Assembly (NCBI RefSeq): GCF_044704955.1 | Contig: NC_091992.1 | Location: 125,488,001 to 125,552,000, forward strand | Direction: 5' to 3' | DNA: 64,000 nucleotides | DNA from: Pristiophorus japonicus | Lineage: Eukaryota | Shown here: positions 12,882-25,151 of the stretch, piece by piece | Layout: each line of letters opens with the position of its first letter | Numbering within the stretch: the stretch's first letter is position 1 | Translations under genes and position numbers: made by a program | The notes under the pieces: generated by a model | What the model was told of the DNA's origin: nothing | What the model saw: only the letters and a program-made list of their open reading frames with translations | Database searches by the model: none

Positions 12882-13256
12882 GGAGGAGGCTGAGGGGAGA
12901 CCTAATTGAGGTGAATAAAATTATGAGGGGCCTAGATAGAGTGAATAAGAAGGACCTATTCCCTCTTAGCAGAGGGATCAATAACCAGGGGGCATAGATG
13001 TCAAGTAATTGGTAGGTTTAGAGGGGAGTTGAGGAGAATTCTTTTCACCCAGAGGGTGGTGAGGGTCTAGAACTCACTGTTTGAAAGGGTGGTAGAGGCA
13101 GAAACCCTCATTGCATTCAACAAGTATTTAGATATGCCTACAAGGCTACGGACTAAGAGCTGGACTTGGGATTAGGCTGGGTAGCTCTTTGTCGGCCATC
13201 ACGGACATGATGGGCCAAATGGCCTCCTTCTGTGCTGTAAATTTCTATGATTGTAT
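12882..13256 (+). mobile_element. CR1-type LINE 3' end, older subfamily
   Basis: RRLRGDLIEVNKIMRGLDRV...LFP; CR1-like 3' UTR. Confidence 0.8.
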
Positions 13257-13350
13257 GAAATTACCCTAACTATAGATGCTACAAATACTTAGTGGCAATC
13301 GACTTGCATTTTGCAAATAACAGCAGCATTTTCTTGCTCCTGGTCTCCAT

Positions 13351-13990
13351 CATCATCAGAGGCAGTCCCTCAAAATAGAGGAAGACTCCAAAAGTGAGTT
13401 CTCAGGTGACTGAACACTCCAATACGGGAATTACAGTCTGTCACAGGTGGGACAGACAGTGGTTGAAGGAAAGGGGTGGGTGGGGAGTCTGGTTTGCCGC
13501 ACGCTCTTTCCGCTGCCTGCGCTTGTTTTCTGCACGCTCTCCGCGACAAGACTCGAGGTGCTCAGCGCCCTCCCGGATGCTCTTCCTCCAATTAGGGCGG
13601 TCTTGGGCCCGGAACTCCCAGGTGTCAGTGGGGATGTTGCACTTTATCAAGGAGGCTTTGAGGGTGTCCTTGAAACGTTTCCTCTGCCCACCCCGGGCTC
13701 GCTTACCGTGTAGGAGTTCCGAGTAGAGCGCTTGCTTTGGGAGTCTCGTGTCGGGCATATGGACGATGTGACCCGCCCAACGGAGCTGGTCTACAGGGCT
13801 GTAGTGATACCCGCCCTCCTGTGTGGCTCAGAGATGTGGACCATACACAGTAGACACCTCAAGTCGCTGGAGAAATACCACCAGCGATGCCTCCGCAAGA
13901 TCCTGCAAATCCCCTGGGAGGACAGACGCAGCAACATCAGTGTCCTCGATCAGGCCAACATCCCCAGCATCGAAGCACTGACCACACTCT
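13351..13990 (-). mobile_element. RTE-clade LINE 3' fragment with 5' inversion
   Basis: Minus part QLRWAGHIVHMPDTRLPKQALYSEL.. with (ATG)n tail; plus part VYRAVVIPALLCGSE..IPSIEALTTL; TSD TGGTCTCCAT at 13341-13350 and 13991-14000. Confidence 0.88.
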
Positions 13991-14496
13991 TGGTCTCCAT
14001 GGCTCTCACAATAAATAGTCCGAGCTATCTGCAGTGTTCCCAATATAGGAACATTTCTCACATACAATCAGAGGCTCACGACTAAGACCCACATCCCCAA
14101 CAAAATGAGCTTACCGTAACTTTACACGGCACCCGTGCATGCTGTTGCTTAGTAATGCACAGTTGCCATTCAAGGAATTAAGCCTTTAAAATGATTGCTT
14201 ATCTTGGAGGGTGTTTTATCCAGAGAGTTGTCAGGATGGTTTAATTTTAAAAAATGTAAGTGGGCTGGGGAGGTGCAATGTAAGTTTTTCTTCTGGTGAA
14301 GCTGCAATTTATTAAAGGGGTTCCTGAAGAAGGGGTAACCAGATGGCGGAGCACATGTGTAGGTTTAATTGCCGCCCCACTCTAGTCCCAATTTGAACCC
14401 TGGGGGAGACACCAAGACCCGATGGGAAGGCAACTCAGAAAAGGAAGCCACATTTGGGTAGATTCTTGTGCCTCCTGGTGGCCAACTTCAAGTGAC

Positions 14497-14975
14497 AACT
14501 TGCATTTATATAGCACCTTTAACGCAGTAAAACGTGCCATGGCGCTTCACAGCAGCATTATAAAACAAAATTTGACAGTGAGCCACATGAGCAATCCACC
14601 TGCATTTTGCAAATAACAGCAGCATTCTCTTGTTCCTGGTCTCCACAGTTCTCACAGTAAATGGCCTGAGCTATCTGCAGCGCTCCCAATATCGGAACAT
14701 TTCTCACATCCAATCAGAGGCTCGCAACTAAAACCCACATCCCAAACAAAACGAGCTTACCCTAACTTTACAAGGCACCCGTGCATGCTGTTGCTTAGTA
14801 ACGCACAATGATATTAGGGCAGATGACCAAAAGCTTGGTGAAAGAGGCAGGTTTTAAGGAGTGTCTTAAAAGGATGGAGAGAGAGAGAGAGAGAGAGAGG
14901 CGGAGTGGTTCAGGGAGGGAATTCGAGAGCTCGGGGCCTTGGTTGCTGAAGGCACGGCCACCGATGGTGGAGCGA
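14497..14975 (-). mobile_element. L2-like LINE 3' end interrupted by a duplicated local segment (14591-14807)
   Basis: CAACTTGCATTTATATAGCACC...AGCCACAT | GATATTAGGGCAGATGACCAAAAGCTTGG. Confidence 0.7.
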
Positions 14976-15194
14976 ATAGGGTCGAAGGAGCAGGAAGAGA
15001 CCCTGGCAAAGGTCTGTGACCAAGGTAACCACCAATCATCTCAAAGGCAGAGGCATTAGGACTAGGCAAACCACAGCTGAGGGATTAAAAACAAGGGAAA
15101 ATGACCGAAAAATAATATATATGGGTGACGGGGAGGGGAAACGACTTGGTGATGAGTATCTGACTTTTGCTGATTCCTTATTATTCTATACACA

Positions 15195-16510
15195 GAACAT
15201 GCTCAGGCAGAGTCAGCATGGATTTATGAAGGGGAAGTCATGTTTGACAAATTTGCTGGAATTCTTTGAGGATGTAACAAACATGGTGGATAAATGGGAA
15301 CCAGTGGATGTGGTGTATTTGGATTTCCAGAAGGCATTTGACAAGGTGCCACATAAAAGGTTACTGCACAAGATAAAAGTTCATGGGGTTGGGGGTAATA
15401 TATTAGCATGGATAGAGGATTGGCTAACTAACAGAAAACAGAGAGTCGGGATAAATGGGTCATTCTCTGGTTGGCAACCAGTAACTAGTGGGGTGCCGCA
15501 GGGATCAGTGCTGGGGCCTCAACTATTTACAATCTATATTAACGACTTGGAAAAAGGGACTGAGTGTAACGGAGCCAAGTTTGCTGACAATACAAAGATG
15601 GGAGGAAAAGCAATGTGTGAGGGGGACACAAAAAATCTGCAAAAGGACATAGACAGGCTAAGTGAGTGGGCAAAAATTTGGCAGATGGAGTATAATGTTG
15701 GAAAGTGTGAGATCATGCACTTTGGCAGAAAAAATCAAAGAGCAAGTTATTATTTAAATGGAGAAAGATTGCAAAGTGCCGCAATACAGCGGGACCTGGG
15801 GGTACTTGTGCATGAAACACAAAAGGTTAGTATGCAGATACATCAAGTGATCAGGAAAGCCAATGGTATCTTGGCCCTTATTGCAAAAGGGATGGAGTTA
15901 AAAGCAGGGAAGTCTTGCCACAGCTATATAAGGTATTGGTGAGGCCACATCTGGAATACTGCGTGCAGTTTTGGTTTTCATATTTCCGAAAGGGTATACT
16001 TGCTTAGGAGGCAGTTCAGAGAAGGTTCACTAGGTTTATTCCGGGGATGAGGGGGTTGACATGAGGAAAGGTTGAATAGGTTGGGCCTCTACTCATTGGA
16101 ATTCAGAAGAATGAGAGGTGATCTTATCGAAACGTATAAGATTATGAGGGGGCTTGACAAGGTGGATGCAGAGAGGATGTTTCCACTGATGGGGGAGACT
16201 AGAACTAGAGGGCATGATCTTAGAATAAGGGGCCGCCCATTTAAAACTGAGATGAGGAGAAATTTCTTCTCTCAGAGGATTGTAAATCTGTGGAATTCGC
16301 TGCCTCAGAGAGGTGTGGAAGCTGGGACATTGAATAAATTTAAGACAGAAATAGACAGTTTCTTAAACGATAAGGGGATATGGGGTTATGGGGAACGGGC
16401 GGGGAAGTGGAGCTGAGTCCAGGATCAGATCAGCCATGATCTTATTGAATGGCAGAGCAGGCTCGAGGGGCCGTATGGCCTACTCCTGTTCCTATTTCTT
16501 ATGTTCTTGT
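15195..16510 (+). mobile_element. CR1 LINE, 5'-truncated (RT domain to 3' UTR)
   Basis: [41 protein letters not shown]; (TTCTTATG) tail. Confidence 0.93.
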
Positions 16511-16873
16511 GTATGCTCAGCAAACTTCATTGCAAAATTGCACTCATTATATTTAACATACAGGACTGACAACCGCTCACTCTCAGCGATTTGAACAATT
16601 GAGTACAGTTAAAAACACTCACCACAGCACAACATTTACAAATAATCAATTTCCTGTCCCAAATGAATTTAGCGAGAACCTGATCCAAACACTGACTTTG
16701 TTCTTTGTCTTTTCCCCACTGAAATCCTATAACTTGATGCGCTGTACGCTGATGCAAAGCAGTCGATGGTAGAGACGGGGCATGAGTGCTCAGTGCCCCC
16801 AGCACTCAATATAATTTCAGATTCGCTTGGCTACCCATGTGATCCCCAGCTGTCGTCCACTTGATAACCTTTT

Positions 16874-17121
16874 TGTCATGTATTCAACAGTCATTGTAAC
16901 CCATGTATAAACTGACCTAAGTTGTACACCGTGAGAACACTGACCACTAGGTGGTGAACTTGTGGGAGACACTCCTAACCTGGACTTTCAGGTAAAAAAA
17001 GGGGAAGCTCCACCCACCTTCATCACTTCAATGCTGGCTAATAAAGGTCACTGGTCACAGAGTGACCTTCTCTCAAGTATGGGCCTCGTGTGCATTTATA
17101 CTGTATAGTAAGGACATATTA
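16874..17121 (+). mobile_element. Solo LTR (family B)
   Basis: TG...TA termini; 5-bp TSD CTTTT at 16869-16873 and 17122-17126; AATAAA near 17040. Confidence 0.75.
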
Positions 17122-17269
17122 CTTTTGAATACATGACGTAGAACGTACAGCACAGAAACAAGTCATTCGGCCCAACTGGTCTGTGCCGGTGTCGATGCTC
17201 TATACGTTCCTCCTCCCACCCTACTTCATCTAACCTCCATGTCTAACCCAATCTTCTATTCCTTTCTTA

Positions 17270-17832
17270 CCTCTAGACTTGACTATTCAAACGCACTCCT
17301 GGCCGGCCTCCCAAGTTCCACCCTCTGTAAACTTGAGGTCATCCAAAACTCGGCTGCCCGTGTCTTAACTTGCACCAAGTCCCGCTCACCCAACACCCCC
17401 TATGCTCGCTGACCTACATTGGCTCCCGATTAAGCAACGCCTCGATTTCAAAATTCTCATCCTTGTTTTCAAATCCCTCCATGGCCTCGCCCCTCCCTAT
17501 CTCTGTAATCTCCTTCAGACTCACCCCCCCCCCCCCCCCCCACCCCCGGGTTATCTGCGCTCCTCTAATTCTGCCCTCTTGAGCCACCATCAGTGGCCGT
17601 GCCTTCTATTGCCTGGGTCCTAACCTCTGGAATTCCCTCCCTAAACCTCTCCGCCTCTCTTTCCTCCTTTAAGACACTGCTTAAAGCCTACCTCTTTGAC
17701 CAAGCTTTTGGTCATCTGCCCTAATTTCTCCTTATTTGGCTCAGTGTCAATTTTTTAACTTATAATACACATGTGAAGGGTCTTGGGAGGTTTTACTACA
17801 TTAAAGGTGCTATATAAATTTGTTGTTGTTGT
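17270..17832 (+). mobile_element. L2-like LINE 3' fragment
   Basis: LADLHWLPIKQRLDFKILILVFKSLHGLAPPYL; (GTT)n tail. Confidence 0.85.
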
Positions 17833-18006
17833 TTCTCCCTCATGTACTTATCCAGCTTCACCTTTAAAGGCATCAGTGCTGTTCGCCTCAACGCCTTGTG
17901 GTAGCAAGTTCCACATTCTTACCACTCTGGGTAAAGAAGTTTCTCCTGAATTCATGACTGGATTTATTAGTGACTATCTTATATTTATGGCTCCTAGTTT
18001 TGGACT

Positions 18007-19203
18007 TGTTATGTTCAGAATAACTCAACAAAACTGTATATTGTAAGCTCAAACTATTGTGACCTTGGTCTCTTTAATGTAACTCCAGAGTGAGGAAGCA
18101 GCATGATAGACTGCCTTTTATACCTCCTTGCCCAGCTATTTACAATATACATTAATGATTTGGACGAAGGAATTGAATGTAATATCACCAAGTTTGCAGA
18201 TGACACTAAGCTGGGTGGCAGTGTGAGCTGCAAGAAGGATGCTAAGAGGCTGCAGGGTGACTTTGTCAGGTTAGGTGAGTGGGCAAGTGCATGGCAGATG
18301 CAGTGTAATGTGGATAAATGTGAGGTTATCCACTTTGGTGGTAAAAACAGGAAGACAGAATATTATCTGAATGGTGATAGATTAGGAAAAGGGGAGGTGC
18401 AACGAGACCTGGGTGTCATGGTACATCAGTCATTGAAAGCTGGCATGCAGGTACAGCAGGCGGTGAAGGCGGCAAATGGCATATTGGCCTTCATAGCGAG
18501 AGGATTTGAGTATAGGAGCAGAGAGGTCTTACTGCAATTGTACAGGGCCTTGGTGAGGCCTCACCTAGAATATTGTATACAGTTTTGGTCTCCTAATCTG
18601 AGGAAGGACATTCTTGCTATTGAGGGAGTGCAGTGAAGGTTCACCAGACTGATTCCCGGGATGGCAGGACTGACATAAGAAGAAAGACTGGATCGACTAG
18701 GCTTATATTCACTGGTATTTAGAAGAATGAGAGAGGATCGCATAAAAACATATAAAATTCTGACGGGATTGGACAGGTTAGATGCAGGAAGAATGTTCCC
18801 AATGTTGGGGAAGTCCAGAACCAGGGGTCACAGTCTAAGGATAAAGGGCAGGCCATATAGGACTGAGATGAGGAGAAACTTCTTCACTCAGAGAGTGGTT
18901 AATTTGTGGAATTCCCTGCCGCAGAGAGTTGTTGAGGCCAGTTCGTTAGATGTTCAAAAGGGAGTTAATGTGGTCCTTACAGCTAAAGGGATCAAGGGGT
19001 ATGGAGAGAAAGCAAGAATGGGGTACTGAAGTTGCATGATCAGCCATGATCATATTGAATGGTGGTGCAGGCTCGAAGGGCCGAATGGCCTGCTCCTGCA
19101 CCTATTTCCTATGTTTCTATGTGTGCAGGTGATCCTTGGGTCTCCCACAGGTGCGCCCCCTGGTGGCAAGTCTTACACATTGGTAATGTTTACATACATA
19201 ACA
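18007..19203 (-). mobile_element. Solo LTR (family C) split by a CR1 insertion
   Basis: TGTTATGT...ACATAACA termini; 5-bp TSD GGACT at 18002-18006 and 19204-19208. Confidence 0.82.
18130..19121 (+). mobile_element. CR1 LINE, 5'-truncated, nested in the LTR
   Basis: [30 protein letters not shown]; (TTTCTATG) tail. Confidence 0.92.
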
Positions 19204-19645
19204 GGACTCCCCACGCCTATCAATCCCCTTCATAATTTTTTTAATTCACAGTAGTGAGGATCTTCCTCTCCAGCATGACGTACCGTGTTTAAATGGCAGG
19301 GCAGGTTTTCCCCTGCCCAATGGACTCCAGTGAATGCCCCGAGGGTCAGCTAATGTTTGAGGCATATCCCAGTGATATTCCCACCTGCGGAGGGGGAGAT
19401 TGTTGCCGGTGCAGGATTCCGATACTTGCAGCATCACAACAGGCCCAGGCAACACAGCCACAGTTTAAAAAAATCTGACTGCCTCCAGCGGTGATGTGAA
19501 ATTTGTACCAATCAGAATATTTGTCCTCGAGCAATTAATACGTCTGCTGAAGTCAAAAACTGTTCTTCCAAATTTTTCATCGCCTATCTAAGCTGGGCTC
19601 CATTATGTACAAGCATGAAGAGCATCCATCAATATTGAGGCACAG

Positions 19646-20093
19646 AAAAGAAACATTTGCATTTATATAGCGCCTTTCACAACCACCGGACATCCTAAAG
19701 CGCTCAATAACCAATGAAGTACTGTTTGAAGTGTAGTCACTGTTGCAACGTAGGAAACACAGCAGCCAATTTGCACACAGCAAGTTGCTACAAACAGCAA
19801 TGTGATAATGACCAGATAATTTGTTTTTTGTTATGGCCAGGATACCGGGGATAACTCCTCCTGCTCTTCTTCAAACAGTGCCATGGGATCTTTTACATCC
19901 ACCAGAGAGAACAGACGGGGCCTCAGTTTAATGTCTCATCTGAAAGGCAGCACCTCCGACAGTGCAGCACTCCCTCAGCACTGCACTGGAGTATCAGCCT
20001 AGATTTTTGTGCTCAAGTCCTTGGAGTGGGACTTGAACCCACAACCTTCTGATGTGGAGGTGAGAGTGCTGCCCACTGAGCCACAGCTGACAC
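19646..20093 (-). mobile_element. Deu-domain SINE, full length
   Basis: Reverse complement of the 11489 family, head to tail. Confidence 0.85.
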
Positions 20094-20137
20094 TACTACT
20101 ATTATTAGTGACTGACTATTATTACTACTGACACTAC

Positions 20138-20270
20138 TTCTGACGCAGGGTCATCGACCCGAAACGTTAACTCTGTTTCTCTTTCCATAGATGCTGCCTG
20201 ACCCGCTGAGTATTTCCAGCATTTTCTGTTTTTATTCCAGATTCCAGCATCCGCAGCATTTTGCTTTTGT
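20138..20270 (+). mobile_element. Penelope-like terminal repeat fragment with hammerhead motif (CTGACGC variant)
   Basis: CTGACGC-A-GGGTC-ATC-GACCC-GAAAC-GTT-AACT, then the family tail. Confidence 0.65.
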
Positions 20271-20798
20271 GCTACTATTATTATTGCCTCATTTAATTCT
20301 AGAAGTAGTGATGCTAGACAACTGAGATAGACACAAAAATGTTCTTTGTGTCCGATCCCTGCCCCAGCCCAGTGCTGCTGGAAACCCACACACACACAGG
20401 AAAATCCTCCTCCTTGTCTATCTCAACAAAACAAGCTATGAGACAAATCACGGCTTTATTCTAATTACTGATTCAAATGCAAATCATGAATGTGTCTAGA
20501 ACTGAATTGAACTCTCCCAGCTATAAAGATCTGCTTCAAATCTGATCTTTTTATCTGAATAGTATTCCTCCACCCCGCCACACGTTTGCATTCTACTGCA
20601 GTTTGATTCTTTCCAGAGATAATTTTCCAGGTATGACCAGGGGGGGGAATCTCCCCTTTAACTGCCCCACTTGGTTCAGCAACTTTCCTTTGTGATTATT
20701 CTGCCCTTCTCATTTTTGGAATAATTCCCTTTAAAATAGCTTTTGCTGGTAGCTGTTTAGTTCTTGCCTTCTGACATCATGCCAGGTTACTGTCCTAG

Positions 20799-21424
20799 TG
20801 TCAGCTGTGGCTCAGTGGGCAGCACTCTCGCCTCTGAATCAGAAGGTTGTGGGTTCAAGTCTCACTCCAGGAATGTGAGCACATTAATCTAGGCTGATGC
20901 TCCAGTGCAGTGCTGAGGGAGCGCTGCACTGTCGGAGGGACAGTGTTGAGGGAGTGCTGCACTGTCGGAGGGACAGTACTGAGGGAGTGCTGCACTGTCG
21001 GAGGGACAGTACTGAGGGAGTGCTGCACTGTCGGAGGGACAGTGCTGAGGGAGCGCTGCACTGTCAAAGGGACAGTACTGAGGGAGTGCTGCACTGTTGG
21101 AGGTGCCATCTTTCAGATGAGACGTTAAACCCGAGGCCCTGTCTGTTCTCCCAGGTGGATGTAAAAGATCCCATGGCAATATTCTGAAGAAGAGCAGGGG
21201 AGTTACCCCCGGTGTCCTGGCCACTATTTATCCCTCAATCAACATAACAAAAACAGTTTATACGATCATTATTACATTGCTGTTTGTGGCAGCTTGCTGT
21301 GCGCAAAATTGGCTCCCACATTACAACAGTGACTACACTTCAAAAGTACTTCATTGGCTGTAAAGCACTTTGAGACGTCCAGTGGCCATGAAAGGTGCTA
21401 TATAAATGCAAGTCTTTCTTTCTT
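20799..21424 (+). mobile_element. Deu-domain SINE with an internal 33-bp tandem expansion (6 units, 20908-21103)
   Basis: Unit CAGTACTGAGGGAGTGCTGCACTGTCGGAGGGA, single-copy in the other SINEs. Confidence 0.88.
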
Positions 21425-22289
21425 TCCATTTCTTATTCCTTTATTGATCCCAATAAGTCTCTCCAAATCGTTGGGTATGGGTTTCTAATGGTAGCGCTCC
21501 TTCCCGTTCTCCCATTGGTCCTTCCTCAAGCTCCCTTCACAGAGCTGGCTGCGGATCTCATTGAAATGCTGGATGCGTCTCTCTGCACGCTGATCTACCC
21601 ACATCAGTACACTGCTTCACTTGTCTCTGATCACTGCTGCCTAATCGCTTTACACTCCAGTCATATTCTCGGCTGCAGCATACAGGCTTTTCATCCACCT
21701 CCTTTTTCATCTTCAATCCTTCTGGAGTTGTTCCCAACTGTGTTGCATCTTAACAGGATTTTCTCTGCATTTGTTGAAGGGCTCCTCCTAAAACATTAAC
21801 CTCTCTTTTCAGGTGCGGGAGAACCCATCGTGTCTTACTAGACTTTGTTCCTCTTTCGTCCCCCCTCCCATCTTCTGCTTTGGTTTGATTTGATAGCTAT
21901 TCTCCAACATTCACATCTCTTTACAACTTCCGTCTCTTCTTCTCACGTTCCCTCTTTCCACCAACTTTTAAACCGTCTTCGCTGCTGTCTCATTTTTGAA
22001 TTGATCCCCACTGATTTACAAAGCAAAGCCAACAGCCCCCTTCCTCATATTAATTTGAATTACCGGTCATGACTCAAGGGCTTGTCTGGTGAAGATGTCC
22101 ACTTGGTAACCCTGAAGTGTCAGATACCAGTCCCCTTCCAACTGCCCACAAATATCAGAATCATACAGCATGGAAGGCGACCCATTGTGCCTGTTCCAAC
22201 TCTCTGAAAGAGTGATCCAATCAGTCCCACTCTCCCTGCTCTTTCCCCATAGCCCTGCACGGCTTTTCCTTCCAAGTCCAATTCTCTTT

Positions 22290-22570
22290 TAGTCACCAAG
22301 AAATCCAATCGGGAATTCAGAAGAAACTTCTTTACCCAGAGAGTGGTGAGAATGTGGAACTCGCTGCCACAGGGAGTGGTTTAAGCGAATAGTATCGATG
22401 CATTTAAGGGGAGGCTAGACAAGCATGTGAGGGAGAAGGGAACAGAGGGTTATGCTGATAGATTTAGATGAGGAAAGACGTGAAGAGGCTCAAGTGGAGC
22501 ATAAACGCCGGCATGGACTGGTTGGGCCGAATGGCCTGTTTCTGTGCCGTATATCCGATGTTATCCTATG
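22290..22570 (+). mobile_element. CR1 3' end
   Basis: AGAAACTTCTTTACCCAGAGAGTGGTGAGAATGTGGAACTCGCT; same subfamily as 26305 and 32490. Confidence 0.8.
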
Positions 22571-23939
22571 AAAGTTACTACTGAATTTGTTTCCACCGCC
22601 CTTTCAGGCAGCGCATTTCAGATCACGCCAACTCGCTGAGTAAAACATTTCTCCTCATCTCCCCCGTAGGCGAAGTCATGCATGCACATCTGTCCATCGC
22701 TCCAGCTGAATGAAAGGCAAGTGAGGAATCTGCTCTGCATACATTGCAAAATCTTTGCCTAAACATTCCCTTATCACTGGCATAGAATGATCCCTGAAAC
22801 TGACCGAGATCCCGGTAATTGCACAATTGTACACTGTTGCCGTTTGATTAAATATGGTCCCACATTACACAGAAACAGCTGCAAGCAGGAATTAAAACGA
22901 CAGTTTAATTTGAACATGTACTGCAGTTAAATTGCAACAAATATTAGTACAGAGTACCCCCATCAAGAGCTCAATTAAATGATAGATTAGCGAAGCTATG
23001 CAGATGCTTAGAATTACTGTTCTGTCATTGAGCCACATTGTATCACAAAGTATGTGATATGCATTCGAAAAGTAAAATTGTGCCGGGAGTTGGAACAGAA
23101 ATGTCAAAGGAAACATTGATATAGCTCTTTAGCCTTCAGACATGCTAATATGAATAATTCACTGCACGAGGAAATGCTCAGTAAGTTAGTAATTGCAACG
23201 ATACATTTCCAAACAAAAAGCAAGTTCAAGAAGAGGTAGCCTAACACTTAGTTGAATAAAGATACGGTGCGAAAGAGGGTGTTCAATTGCAACAATGTTT
23301 ATGTTGTACAGTAAAACACACACTTTGCACTATTTACAACAGGCTTGTTGATATTTAATATGCCCCAAGCTGCTTATATAAACTGTGCCAGAAGAAATGA
23401 TTTTGTCAATAACATTGCTGTTCGCAAATCTTTAGCTTTTTGTGGTTTGCATGTTAAAAGCTGCCTGTGATGGAAAGGGGTCATCGTTCTCTCTCCGCAC
23501 TTCCAAATTATAGGACGAGGACATCGGAATGGAGCTCAATGACAGAACAGTAATTCTAAGCATCTGCGTAACTTCGTGTGTGACATACTGTTGCCACAGT
23601 GTGACATTTAATCAAATTATTACCTCCTTCTATTTAGCTCGTCTACCTCTACTTTTTCCTCTCACTCTCTCTCTATTTTTCTTTCTGTCAGTTTCCATAT
23701 GCAGCCCTTTCACTTTCCAGGTTTGGCCTATTTCGTCACATGTCCATCCATTTTGCTTTCAGTTCTCTTCATTACTCACTCACATTTTTGCACGTGCAAT
23801 TGGGGAAGTGAAGAACCTAGGCCCAAGCCAACATGCTCGTAGACTCCTTATCTTAGAGGAAAGTTCTGTGATTTCCTGCACATCAAGCAACACTGGTGTG
23901 GAGGACAATGGTCATCACCACAGTGGCGTTAAAGCTGGC

Positions 23940-24300
23940 TAGAAAGAGCAGAAAAGAATAAAGAAAGAATGAAAGAAAAAAGAGAGAATGAAAGAGAACG
24001 AAAGAGAAAAAGAAAAATAAAGAAAGGAAGAGAAAGACAGAGTTAGAGTGAGAGAGAAAGAAAAAGAGAGAAAGAGGGAAAGGAAGAGAAAGAAAGCGAA
24101 AGAAAGAAAAGAGAAAGAGTAAGGGAAAAAGAGAGAGCGAGAGAGAGATAAAGAGACAGAGAGAAAGCAAACAAAAAAAGAGAAAGAAAAGAGAGAAAGA
24201 TAAAAAGAGAAAGAGAGAAAGAAAGAGAAAGGAAAAGATAAAGAGAGACAGTAAGAGAAAGAAAGAGATGGAAAGTAAAAGAGACAGAATGACAGAAAGA
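23940..24300 (+). repeat. Purine-rich (GA) low-complexity tract
   Basis: Almost exclusively A/G. Confidence 0.9.
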
Positions 24301-25151
24301 TTATTTAAAGTGAAACGCACACACACTTTTGTGACAACTCCCAAGATGGCTGTGATGATTTTTGATTTTTGGTGTTGGAGCCAGCCCGAACAAGAACAGC
24401 AGGAAATGAAGCGAGTCAGAGGAAGATGCCAGTGAAATTTGACTGGAGTCAGTTATTTCCCCTTAGTGTTTCGATGTTATTTCTGGTTTCCCGGTATTTG
24501 TATCCATAATTCTCTGTGTGTTTACCACACCAGTACCCTGGTTTCTCATTCTCTCTTTCCGCTCCTCCCCCAAGCAATATAGCATTGTGCCCCAGTAGTA
24601 ATGAATACTTTATCCTGCAAAGGCATGCTGAATAATTAAAACGTTTGTAACAAAGTACTTTCCCCATTCTCCGACTGAGAGAAGCCCTTGTGCCAGAGAC
24701 ATGATCTCAGCTGTACTGGGAGCACTTGTTGTTGTGCACAAACCTACTGCAAGATATCCAGCCACACCAGAACCACACCAGGATGCAGCAAAGCCCCAGC
24801 TAGGCACCACTGGAGGGTTGTATATGTGGCGAGGTTCCGTGTTCCTTAACCCCCCCCAATTGCACATTCTTCGACCTACATTTCATGGATCCATGATGTC
24901 ATCCAGGTCCTGAAGGCAGAGTGTTTACACAATGGGCTGCAGCTGACTGAGGAATGACCTCCCCGAGCTCCTGCAATACCGAAGGTGGCTCCAGAATTTA
25001 TACTCCTGGTGTGGAGGGTACCGAAGAATCAGCCTGTATGGTGTACTGCAGGCCTCGTGTGAGGCTCGAACCCACAACCTCTAATACAAAGCAGGAGTGC
25101 TACCAAAGTGAGCCAAGCTGTCATCAATGAACCTGGTAAAGCCACAAGTAA

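Noticed and set aside
15149-15163. C/D box snoRNA (TGATGA...CTGA)
   Set aside because: The boxes are only a few nucleotides apart, with no guide region or terminal stem.
20908-21103. CRISPR-like array
   Set aside because: Units are contiguous with no unique spacers, lie inside a SINE, and the DNA is eukaryotic.
21395-22072. 134-aa and 75-aa ORFs
   Set aside because: No motif; they start in a SINE tail and pyrimidine-rich sequence.
23883-24344. Hydrophobic F/L/S-rich membrane protein ORF (similar ones at 31400 and 58073)
   Set aside because: Artefact of translating purine-rich low-complexity DNA.
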